From Magnetococcales bacterium (GTDB taxonomy: Bacteria > Pseudomonadota > Magnetococcia > Magnetococcales > JADFWU01): a stretch of DNA of 64,000 bases. A program made the position numbers and the translations under genes. The notes below the pieces were generated by a model. That model was given only the letters and a program-made list of their open reading frames with translations. It ran no database searches and was not told the DNA's origin. The stretch is taken from contig JADFWU010000013.1 of assembly GCA_015234045.1 (NCBI GenBank), forward strand, positions 253 through 64,252. The letters are read 5' to 3'. Below, in pieces: positions 1 through 8,479 of this stretch (the first letter of the stretch is position 1; each line of letters opens with the position of its first letter).

Positions 1-1
1 T

Positions 2-94
2 GTTGACATCCTCCAAACCACTATTTTGGGCGCACTCGCCCTCTGTTTATGGCTGGGTTTGACACTCTATACCGGAGGTATCCTATCTTTCTAG
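2..94 (+). CDS. 3' end of an upstream membrane-protein gene (partial, runs off window)
   Basis: Open frame from the window edge to TAG at 92-94. It translates to a hydrophobic tail, VDILQTTILGALALCLWLGLTLYTGGILSF*. No family is assignable. Confidence 0.3.
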   Translation, partial: VDILQTTILGALALCLWLGLTLYTGGILSF

Positions 95-167
95 GTGATC
101 TTTCGTCACCAGAGAATGTCTTGCCAAACAAGCTATCAAATTCCTAAACAGGCTCTATGACAGCGTA

Positions 168-1634
168 TCAGGACTCCTTGAGCAGAGTCAGTGGTGCGCT
201 TTGGCCTTGCGGAAAGAGCACGGGATAGCTTCCTGAGAAACAGGCATCGCAGAAACCGTTACACTTGCCAGGACTTTTTCCACCACTTACCGCATTATAG
301 AGACCATCCAAGGTTAGAAAAGAGAGAGAGTCAGCGGTAATATACTTACGCATCTCCTCTATTGAATGGCTGGCGGCCAGGAGTTCTTTGCGTGTGGGGG
401 TGTCAATACCGTAATAACAGGGATGTGTTGTAGGTGGTGAGGAGATACGGACATGCACCTCTTTGGCACCGGCTGCACGCACCATTTTGACGATCTTGCG
501 GCTGGTAGTGCCACGCACGATGGAGTCATCCACCAACACCACATTACGACCCCGGATCACTTCAGGGTTGGCATTGAGCTTGATTTTTACGCCAAAGTGA
601 CGAATGGATTGATGCGGCTCAATAAAGGTCCGCCCCACATAATGGTTACGGATGATACCCAATTCGAAGGGGATATTGCATTTCTGAGCAAAACCTAATG
701 CCGCTGGCACACCGGAATCAGGCACCGGAATCACCACATCCGCATTGACCGGATGCTCATCGGCCAGGCTGAAGCCGATGCGTTTACGTGCATCATAAAC
801 ATTGACACCATCGATATCAGAGTCAGGTCGGGCGAAGTAGACATACTCAAAGATACAGAGTTGGCGCTCTTCCTTTTCGAAAGGAAAGTAGGATTTAACG
901 CCATCCTTGTTAATGACCACCATCTCACCTGGCTCGACATCTCGGACGAATTCCGCTTCGATGAGATTGAGCGCACAGGTTTCTGATGAGAGCACATAAC
1001 CACCATCACCCACCTTACCCAAGACCAAAGGCCGGAAGCCATGAGGATCGCGCACACCGATCATATTATGCTGATTCATGGCGACGATAGCATAGGCACC
1101 GCGCACTTGTCGCAGTGATTCCATCAAGCGTCCGGCATAGGTCTTTTCTCTGGAGAGTGCGGCCAGATGCACCACCACTTCAGTATCCATAGTGGACTGA
1201 AAGATGGAACCACGCGCTTCCAATTGCCGACGCATTTCAACGCCGTTGGACAGGTTGCCATTGTGAGCAATGGCGATACCGCCGTTGATGGTATCAGCTA
1301 CCAACGGTTGGAGGTTTCTTTGGGAAGCGCTACCACCGGAGGTGGAGTAGCGCACATGTCCGATCGCATTTTCGCCCTTGAGGCGGTTTAGATCCTTTCG
1401 GGAAAAGACATCAGCCACAAGGCCTTTGCTTCGGTGAACATGTAGAAACTGATCTTCTACCGAAACGATGCCTGCGGACTCTTGTCCGCGATGTTGCAGG
1501 GCATAGAGCCCAAGATAGACCAAGTTGGCGGCTTCAGGATGTCCATAGATCCCGAACACACCACACTCTTCACGGAAATGATCGTCAATCAGAGTTTGCA
1601 CAGCGTATTTACCCGACGTCAGAGGGAGAGTCAC
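168..1634 (-). CDS. purF: Amidophosphoribosyltransferase (glutamine PRPP amidotransferase), propeptide plus Fe-S type
   Basis: 488-aa ORF. The ..EECGVFGIYGH N-terminal nucleophile Cys follows a short propeptide. PRTase motif VVLVDDSIVRGTT; C-terminal Cys cluster CNGFCDACFSG. GTG start overlaps the cvpA stop (GTGA). An internal GTG giving MQTLIDDHFREE|C is an alternative start. Confidence 0.93.
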   Translation of the reverse strand: MTLPLTSGKYAVQTLIDDHFREECGVFGIYGHPEAANLVYLGLYALQHRGQESAGIVSVEDQFLHVHRSKGLVADVFSRKDLNRLKGENAIGHVRYSTSGGSASQRNLQPLVADTINGGIAIAHNGNLSNGVEMRRQLEARGSIFQSTMDTEVVVHLAALSREKTYAGRLMESLRQVRGAYAIVAMNQHNMIGVRDPHGFRPLVLGKVGDGGYVLSSETCALNLIEAEFVRDVEPGEMVVINKDGVKSYFPFEKEERQLCIFEYVYFARPDSDIDGVNVYDARKRIGFSLADEHPVNADVVIPVPDSGVPAALGFAQKCNIPFELGIIRNHYVGRTFIEPHQSIRHFGVKIKLNANPEVIRGRNVVLVDDSIVRGTTSRKIVKMVRAAGAKEVHVRISSPPTTHPCYYGIDTPTRKELLAASHSIEEMRKYITADSLSFLTLDGLYNAVSGGKSPGKCNGFCDACFSGSYPVLFPQGQSAPLTLLKES

Positions 1635-2341
1635 TTATCAAACTCCGTATGGAGTTCTTCCATTAGGCGTTGCAGCTGATATGCATCAGTGGTATCCACT
1701 TTTTTAGCCAACTGGGTCCGGTTATCAGCCAGAATCCGTCCCTCGGCCATCACGGTCAAGCCACTACCATGAGCGGCAGGCACCAACAGCCGCATTGCAA
1801 CCTCTTCCCCTTTTTGTCCGGCTTTGGCACGCTGGAACCGTTGGTACCCTTGGTGAATACGATCAGCCAGGGTAGACGACTCCGTCTGTATAGCCACCAA
1901 CTGACGTGCCCCAATCACGCATTGTGGTGCCAAAACCGACTTTAACATGAGATTCGGAAACGCCACACCCGCAGCCAACAGGCCGCCGAATCCCAGAAAA
2001 AGCAGGAGAATACCACGCAATCCGCCCGACATCATCCCCAAGAGTCGATTTGGAACCGTTAAAGGTCCAGGACGCACCCAAAGTGTCAGTAACGTACCGA
2101 GAGTAATGATCAATCCAAAGGTGGAAACAAACACCAAAGAATAGGCCACCACACTGGGCAAGATTGGGCTTTCCATCTGGGTAGTCAACCACACCTCAAG
2201 GGAAGGCGCGAGCCACATGGTCACCAATGCGCCAACTACCCATGCAAGCAGATTGATCACCTCAGGTAGAAAACCGCGTACCCAAGCTGTCACCGTGGAG
2301 AGCCCCACAATGAGTATTAACATGTAATCAAATAGCGTCAT
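1631..2341 (-). CDS. cvpA: CvpA-family membrane protein (colicin V production protein)
   Basis: Multi-TM N-terminal half typical of CvpA, in the classical cvpA-purF adjacency. ATG at 2341 forms an ATGA overlap with the radA stop. The ORF track's GTG at 2353 has GGAG directly abutting it, which is poor spacing. Confidence 0.75.
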   Translation of the reverse strand: MTLFDYMLILIVGLSTVTAWVRGFLPEVINLLAWVVGALVTMWLAPSLEVWLTTQMESPILPSVVAYSLVFVSTFGLIITLGTLLTLWVRPGPLTVPNRLLGMMSGGLRGILLLFLGFGGLLAAGVAFPNLMLKSVLAPQCVIGARQLVAIQTESSTLADRIHQGYQRFQRAKAGQKGEEVAMRLLVPAAHGSGLTVMAEGRILADNRTQLAKKVDTTDAYQLQRLMEELHTEFDK

Positions 2342-3708
2342 CGACTGATACACTCCACCGCTTCTTCGACGCTTGTCACCAACTCTGTGGAGAGGGATAA
2401 GGCATCGGGTATATGTTTTCTATTTTTTGCAGCCAGTAAACAGCGGCTGAATCCAAGTTTAGCCGCTTCACGCAGACGTGACTCCACATGCGCTACAGAC
2501 CGGATTTCACCAGCCAGTCCAACTTCACCCAAAATAATGGTATTGGCATCTACGCCCAAATTGCGATGGGAAGCAAAAAGGGAAAGCACAACGGCCAAAT
2601 CCGCAGCAGGCTCCTGTATCCGATAGCCACCCGCAACATTTAAAAAAATATCGTGATTGAACAGACCAAGGCCCAAACGTTTTTCCAACACAGCGGTCAA
2701 CATGGCCAGACGATTGGTATCAAACCCCAACGTAGTGCGCCGAGGCTGTGAGAGCGGACTCGGCGCAACCAGAGATTGAATCTCCACCAGTACCGGCCGC
2801 GTTCCTTCGATACCCGCAAAGACCACCGAACCAGACGCACCTGCCACCCGTTCGGACAGAAACAGCTCTGATGGATTGGACACCTCCTTCAGACCGCTTT
2901 CGCGCATTTCGAACACGCCAATTTCGTTGGCCGAACCAAATCGATTTTTCACCGCCCTAAGGATACGGTAATCGTGCCCTCTCTCCCCTTCAAAGTAGAG
3001 CACGGTATCCACCATATGTTCCAACACCTTTGGTCCGGCAATCTGCCCACCCTTGGTGACATGCCCCACCAGGAACACCGCCATATGACGCTGTTTGGCC
3101 ATGCTGATGACCCGCGCCGCACACTCTCGAACCTGAGTCACTGTACCCGCAGCAGACGCATGTTCCTCGGTGTAGAGGGTCTGAATGGAGTCAAGCACCA
3201 ATACGCGGGGTTGATGAACCTGAACAGCTTTGGCAACCGCGTCAATGCGATTCTCCGCCTGGACCAACAACCCTTCCCCACTCACGCCCAAACGTTCACT
3301 GCGTAGTTTCAGCTGTCGCAAGGACTCTTCACCGGAAACATAGAGCACACCAATGCCCTGCCCGGCCAATGCGGCCACCCCTTCCATCAACAAAGTGGAT
3401 TTACCGATACCCGGATCACCGCCGATCAGCACAACCGAACCAGGCACCAAACCACCACCCAACACGCGATCCAACTCACTGATACCAACCTGGAAACGAT
3501 ACTCCTGTTGAATCTCGACCTCGGATAGCATCACTGCTTGGGCAGCACTTTCTGACATCGCAGCACGGCTGGATTGCGTGTCCACTTTCGGAGTCACCAC
3601 AACGGCCTTCAGCGTATTCCAGGCTTTACAGTCGCTACACTGGCCCTGCCAGATATTGTGCTGAGCACCACACTCTTTGCAGATAAACTGCTCTCTGCTA
3701 CGTGCCAT
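2338..3708 (-). CDS. radA: DNA repair protein RadA/Sms
   Basis: N-terminal zinc finger CKECGAQHNIWQGQCSDC, Walker A GDPGIGKST, KNRFG motif and a C-terminal Lon-like domain. 456 aa. Confidence 0.95.
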   Translation of the reverse strand: MARSREQFICKECGAQHNIWQGQCSDCKAWNTLKAVVVTPKVDTQSSRAAMSESAAQAVMLSEVEIQQEYRFQVGISELDRVLGGGLVPGSVVLIGGDPGIGKSTLLMEGVAALAGQGIGVLYVSGEESLRQLKLRSERLGVSGEGLLVQAENRIDAVAKAVQVHQPRVLVLDSIQTLYTEEHASAAGTVTQVRECAARVISMAKQRHMAVFLVGHVTKGGQIAGPKVLEHMVDTVLYFEGERGHDYRILRAVKNRFGSANEIGVFEMRESGLKEVSNPSELFLSERVAGASGSVVFAGIEGTRPVLVEIQSLVAPSPLSQPRRTTLGFDTNRLAMLTAVLEKRLGLGLFNHDIFLNVAGGYRIQEPAADLAVVLSLFASHRNLGVDANTIILGEVGLAGEIRSVAHVESRLREAAKLGFSRCLLAAKNRKHIPDALSLSTELVTSVEEAVECISR

Positions 3709-3716
3709 ATCGTTGC

Positions 3717-5777
3717 CTACCGTGCGCTTAACCAGCGAGTGGAAACACCCAACTGTTTTTCAATGATACGACCGGCTTGAGATGCCTCACTGCGAGAATC
3801 AAATGGCCCAACAAACACGTGGGTCAACGACTTGCCCTGCTGTTTCTCCTGTTGCAAACGAGATGAGATGCCCGAATCTGCCAACTGTTTCTGAACGTTC
3901 TCAGCATTGCTCTGTGCGCCATATGTTCCTGCCAAAACAAGAAAATGTCCTGCAACTGGCGCTGGAAAATTCCTTGGACGTTGTACAGTTTTGATCGTGT
4001 TGTCCAACGGTAGGATATGGTCTCTGTCCTTGGCCCAGCGTGTCCAATTCAGCGATGCTGGACGCGCTTGAAACTTGGTATTGTTGTGAATCCAATCTGC
4101 GCCTTGATCCGCCTCATGACGATAGGCAAAGGGCCCCACTTTCACATGTGTTAAACCGCGTTTTTTACTGGATTGTAAAAAAGCGGGCACACCTTTTTCT
4201 CTAAGCCCAACCATAATGGATTTAGCATTGTCCAACTTGGAAAATGAACCCGCCAAAATGACATGGTATTCTGTCCGAATCGCAGGAAAACCCACCGGCG
4301 GCTTATTGGATGCTGCAATTGGTTTTTCTGATTTTTTTGACAATCCCACTGACGCAGACTTGGTAACCTTGGCACCATCAACAGCGCGTTTAACTGTCGG
4401 TTTTTCCTGTATAGCAGTGGTTTTTAATGACGTGCTTTCTGTAGCCGACACAACCCTCTGTTTGGCAACCGGCGCTTTAGCAGCAGATACTTTCTCTCGA
4501 ACCGGTTTCGTTACCAGTTTAGATTGAACGGGATTGGCTACCAGCTTGGCGGGAGATACATCTTGTGCATTTTTGGGCTGTTTGACCACAGGTGCGGTAA
4601 CACTATTGGCCATTTGAGCTACAGGTTCAGCGTGACGCACTTTTTGTTTTTCTAATGCGTTAGCCTGAACCCTTGGTTTCTGATTCACTTCCTGCTTTGG
4701 TTGTACCGCTTTGGTCACAACAGGCGCAACAGGCTTGGACACAGGCATTTCAGCTGTCACGGGTTCCGAACCAGACACAGTGTCAATATACTCTGCCAAT
4801 ACACCGACCCGACTTCGAATCAACTCAACCGTAGATCGCGCATCCTCTTCACTGGCAAACGGTCCCACCACGACTTGATGGAAGATCACCCGATTGGCCT
4901 GCGCCATTTCCAGACGGCTGGATATGCCCGCCTCAGCCAACTGATAGTAGATGTGCAACGCATTGGCACTACTGGTGTAGGTTCCAGCCAACACCAAAAA
5001 TCGTTCGGCTTCGATAACCGGTAATTTCTTTGTGCTAACACCCACCTCTGTTTCATCCGCTGCCGCCAGTTGAACACGCTTTTTGGCTTTACTGACAACA
5101 GATTGTTGAATGGGTGCTTCCGGTTTGCTTTGTATTGTCTGATCAGCAGACTGATTCAGAGTCACACTACTGGCAACAATAAGCGCTGGGTCAACAGGTT
5201 CTTGCTGTAATGTGGTTAACTCAACCCCGTCTTGTTGTAGCGCGATTGACTCTACACGCTCTTGCTGTGGCGCGATTGCGTTTGATTGCTCCGACTCTTC
5301 TGTTATCGCGCTACGCGCGGTAGCTGTAATCGTACTATCAGGCAATGCAGTTGCACTATCGGCACCGAAACGGGAACCAAGATGACTGGATTCAGTCAGA
5401 TCTACAGACGAATCGACTACGGCATCAACCGCTTCATCCACCTGTTTGGCAACCAAATTTACGATATCAGTAAGTTGTGCATCGGACAGCGTGTCTTGCT
5501 CCGCTGCCGCGACAATTACCCTTTTAGCACTCTGAAGTTGGGTCGATTCCAAAACAGCGGTATCGCCGTTTTCGTGACTCAACAGCGTAGTCGTCAAATA
5601 AGCACCACCACCAGCTACAGTCAGAAGCCATGCACCAAAAAGCGCAACACGCCCCGTACGGATGCTTTTTTTCTGAGGCGGTACGCCATGTCCATATTGG
5701 ATGGCTCCCCAGTCCAGATTGTCATTGATAACAGTTGTGGAACGATCCTCACTGTCAATAGACTTCTCATAGTTCAT
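3717..5777 (-). CDS. SPOR-domain protein (N-terminal TM anchor, long low-complexity linkers, three SPOR domains)
   Basis: 686 aa. Three repeats of the pattern (F/Y)(L/H)V(L/I)LAG(T/S)(Y/F)...A......L...G(I/V)......(H)V.VGPF. One TM helix, VALFGAWLLTVAGGGAYLTTTLL. Confidence 0.8.
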   Translation of the reverse strand: MNYEKSIDSEDRSTTVINDNLDWGAIQYGHGVPPQKKSIRTGRVALFGAWLLTVAGGGAYLTTTLLSHENGDTAVLESTQLQSAKRVIVAAAEQDTLSDAQLTDIVNLVAKQVDEAVDAVVDSSVDLTESSHLGSRFGADSATALPDSTITATARSAITEESEQSNAIAPQQERVESIALQQDGVELTTLQQEPVDPALIVASSVTLNQSADQTIQSKPEAPIQQSVVSKAKKRVQLAAADETEVGVSTKKLPVIEAERFLVLAGTYTSSANALHIYYQLAEAGISSRLEMAQANRVIFHQVVVGPFASEEDARSTVELIRSRVGVLAEYIDTVSGSEPVTAEMPVSKPVAPVVTKAVQPKQEVNQKPRVQANALEKQKVRHAEPVAQMANSVTAPVVKQPKNAQDVSPAKLVANPVQSKLVTKPVREKVSAAKAPVAKQRVVSATESTSLKTTAIQEKPTVKRAVDGAKVTKSASVGLSKKSEKPIAASNKPPVGFPAIRTEYHVILAGSFSKLDNAKSIMVGLREKGVPAFLQSSKKRGLTHVKVGPFAYRHEADQGADWIHNNTKFQARPASLNWTRWAKDRDHILPLDNTIKTVQRPRNFPAPVAGHFLVLAGTYGAQSNAENVQKQLADSGISSRLQQEKQQGKSLTHVFVGPFDSRSEASQAGRIIEKQLGVSTRWLSAR

Positions 5778-6099
5778 GATTCTATATCCGATACGAATAA
5801 GGCAAACGCTTCCGATGCTTTTTATTCAATAACCATGCCAATACATCCCCTTTTCATATAGTGTTTATTTAATGACTTACACGCGGACCTGCACACATTC
5901 CATTCTGCCATCTACTTCTAATTTCTTTAATTAAACAGAACCTTTATGCAGATCGGCATGGCATTTGCTTTTATTCATTTAATCAAATAATACTGTGAAT
6001 TCAGCCATCAAATAAGCCAAACGATGGAATAGAGGTCACACCATCTGTTAACATCTGGCTTTTATGGCTTGATCTGACGTTTTTTCGAGGAACAAAAAC

Positions 6100-8001
6100 A
6101 TGACACTCCGCACAAGAGTCACCATCAATACACTGGTTCTTAGCGTAGTTCTGGTAAGCAGTGCTCTACTGATTGCAGCTCAACTCACCAACGGAACAAG
6201 CAACCTCGGAATGCTCTTTTTAGCTGGCTTCGTCCTTGTGGGTATCGGAGGCGTGGCAGGCGCACTTTTAGCCGGTCAAATTAGCAAGGCGTTTGATCAG
6301 ATCCATCAAACTCTACTTAAACTGGCTGATGGCGATCTCGCGTCAATAACCAGCAGTACTGGCGGCTCATCGGAAGATTCTAGCGTTATTGCTCGGGATA
6401 TCAATCAAATGACATCCAATCTGAGCGCCGTGGTTCAGAAGGTCCACCTTCACGCCAACACCGTGGCTGCCTGCGTTGTAGAACTTGATGCCACCAAAGA
6501 AGCCGTTTCCAAAGAAGCGGTCCAAACGCTCTCTGCGTCCAGCCAGATTGTCCGGGATCATCGAGAGGTCACCACTGGCATCAATGCCATTCAAACCGCA
6601 TCACAAACGACCGCCGAACGCCTTGTCTCAATGAGCAGTGCTTCACATCAACTGCATTCAAACATTCAATCCATCGCCCATGCTGCTGAAGAGGCCCGCT
6701 ACAATATCAGCGCCCTGTCAGGATCAGCCGGGAACATCACAATTAATATTTCCAACGTCAACGAAAGCCTTGGTCAAGTCAATCAGTCTGTTCATACTGT
6801 AGCCAGTTCAGTCAATGACGTGACATCTGCCTTGATTGACATTAGAAGACGGAGTCAGGCAGCCAGCAATCTTTCCAGTCAAGCGAACAACCGCGCTTCT
6901 GAAGCCAATCAGATCATGGAGAAAATGCGCCGCTCTGCCGATAAGATCGGTACAGTGGTGGAAGTGATCAACAACATCGCTGAACAAACCAATATGTTGG
7001 CACTTAACGCCTCTATCGAGGCTGCTGGAGCTGGCGATGCCGGTAAAGGGTTTGCCGTGGTGGCTAATGAGGTCAAAGATCTGGCCCGTCAAACCAGCGA
7101 TGCAACCCAAATGATCTCCAAGCATATTGATGAAATTCAGGAGATCACCGATGATGTTGGTGATGCCAATGAGGCCATCGGCAGAGCAATCCAGGAGATC
7201 AGCGATGCCACTGTGGATATTTCTGACTCAGTGGAGGAACAATCTGACTCTGTTCAAGACATCTCGCGTGCAATCAGTGATGTTGCGGAAGCAGCGGATC
7301 AAGTAACCCACGCCTCACAGGCGCTGGATTCCGTTGCCCAAGAGGTTTCAACTGCCGCCCAGGAAGCCGAAGCCAGCACCACATCCATTGCACAATCCTC
7401 TTCAGAAGCCTCAGAGGCTGCTTCCGAGCTGTCCAATCAGACCAGCGAAATCAGTGCCATGGCTGAAGAGGTCTCCACAGCGGCTCAACAATCTGCCAGC
7501 GCAACGGATAATGCCAACACTATGATTGGCACCATCCACAACAATACCGAAGTCCTCACCGGATTGGTCAACAATATCGCTCTGCTTATTGAGACTCTGG
7601 ATCATCCACAACAAAAATTGCTCCAAGCTATTGAAGACCTGGATGCTGGCCCTGCACCATTTCCGGTCCGCGACATCAAATCCGCACACCTTGGCTGGCT
7701 ACGCAAGCTGGAAAACGTGATCAGAGGTCGTTCAGAACTGCAAGCAGATCAAGTAGCCAGTGCCAATGAATGCCTATTTGGAAAATGGTATGACACGGAA
7801 GGCTCCAGACTCTGTAGCGACAGCACCACTTTCCAAAACGTTGGACAAATCCACCGCAAGGTACACCAAGTAGCCCGTGAATCCGTTGCACTAGCCAATG
7901 AAGGTGATGTCATCGGTGCCACAGAAAACATGGCCAAATTCAACACACTGAAAGACCAACTGTTTGAAGAACTGGATCGTCTCTATCTTGAATTGACCTA
8001 A
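6100..8001 (+). CDS. Methyl-accepting chemotaxis protein with C-terminal CZB (chemoreceptor zinc-binding) domain
   Basis: Two TM helices, a HAMP-like segment, and the MCP [17 protein letters not shown] EQTNMLALNASIEAAGAGDAGKGFAVVANEVKDLA. C-terminus HLGWLRKLE...CLFGKWY...IHRKVHQVA matches the His/Cys CZB pattern. AGGAA Shine-Dalgarno precedes the ATG. Confidence 0.9.
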   Translation: MTLRTRVTINTLVLSVVLVSSALLIAAQLTNGTSNLGMLFLAGFVLVGIGGVAGALLAGQISKAFDQIHQTLLKLADGDLASITSSTGGSSEDSSVIARDINQMTSNLSAVVQKVHLHANTVAACVVELDATKEAVSKEAVQTLSASSQIVRDHREVTTGINAIQTASQTTAERLVSMSSASHQLHSNIQSIAHAAEEARYNISALSGSAGNITINISNVNESLGQVNQSVHTVASSVNDVTSALIDIRRRSQAASNLSSQANNRASEANQIMEKMRRSADKIGTVVEVINNIAEQTNMLALNASIEAAGAGDAGKGFAVVANEVKDLARQTSDATQMISKHIDEIQEITDDVGDANEAIGRAIQEISDATVDISDSVEEQSDSVQDISRAISDVAEAADQVTHASQALDSVAQEVSTAAQEAEASTTSIAQSSSEASEAASELSNQTSEISAMAEEVSTAAQQSASATDNANTMIGTIHNNTEVLTGLVNNIALLIETLDHPQQKLLQAIEDLDAGPAPFPVRDIKSAHLGWLRKLENVIRGRSELQADQVASANECLFGKWYDTEGSRLCSDSTTFQNVGQIHRKVHQVARESVALANEGDVIGATENMAKFNTLKDQLFEELDRLYLELT

Positions 8002-8060
8002 CATGAGGGTCACGGGATAATATATTTATTCCCCCCCCCTAAAGCAGACGATCACAACGA

Positions 8061-8099
8061 TGCCTATGGAAAACCCTACGTACTGGTTTTCTATAGGCA
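8061..8099 (+). terminator. Terminator-like hairpin downstream of the MCP gene
   Basis: TGCCTATGGAAAACC (8061-8075) pairs with GGTTTTCTATAGGCA (8085-8099): 15 bp with 1 mismatch and a 9-nt loop. It is followed by TTGCCTATTGT, a weak U-tract. Confidence 0.45.
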
Positions 8100-8110
8100 T
8101 TGCCTATTGT

Positions 8111-8269
8111 ATAGTCATTTCGATCCAAAATTTGACAATGAATCACTACCTGAGTGGAAACCCTGGTGATGTTTTTGCGCCGCTTTTGATATGCGAAGCA
8201 GATCATCAAAGCAAACATATCACCAGGGCTGGAACAGCTGACTGTTCAAGTTTTAGACAAGACCACTAT
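8111..8269 (+). repeat. MITE-like interspersed element, copy 1 (159 bp)
   Basis: Termini ATAGT...ACTAT with imperfect ~25-30-bp terminal inverted repeats. Central hairpin CCCTGGTGATGTTTTTGC...GCAAACATATCACCAGGG. Near-identical to 12621-12779; related copies at 20264, 42465 and 43775. Confidence 0.85.
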
Positions 8270-8479
8270 ACAGTCATTTTGTACAGCAACAACTGAACTT
8301 GTTGATCCTACGGTAAAATCATATTTTACTCGCCAAAAAAGGTTTTTAATCTGCATAAATATGTTTATAATGCGCTGCGTTAAGCATTCATTACTTGACT
8401 ATTTTGTTTCCGAATAGTGTTATGTGTCATTGTTTACAAATGGCGCTTTTGGCGCTCCATGATCTTTGGAGGATCTTCT

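Noticed and set aside
8060-8296. Small ORFs sharing the peptide ...ICEADHQSKHITRAGTADCSSFRQDHY... (also 12642-13028, 42508-42711 and 43888-44385)
   Set aside because: The similarity reflects DNA identity of the MITE-like repeat. Frames, starts and ends differ between copies, and the peptide spans the hairpin, so these are not credible genes.
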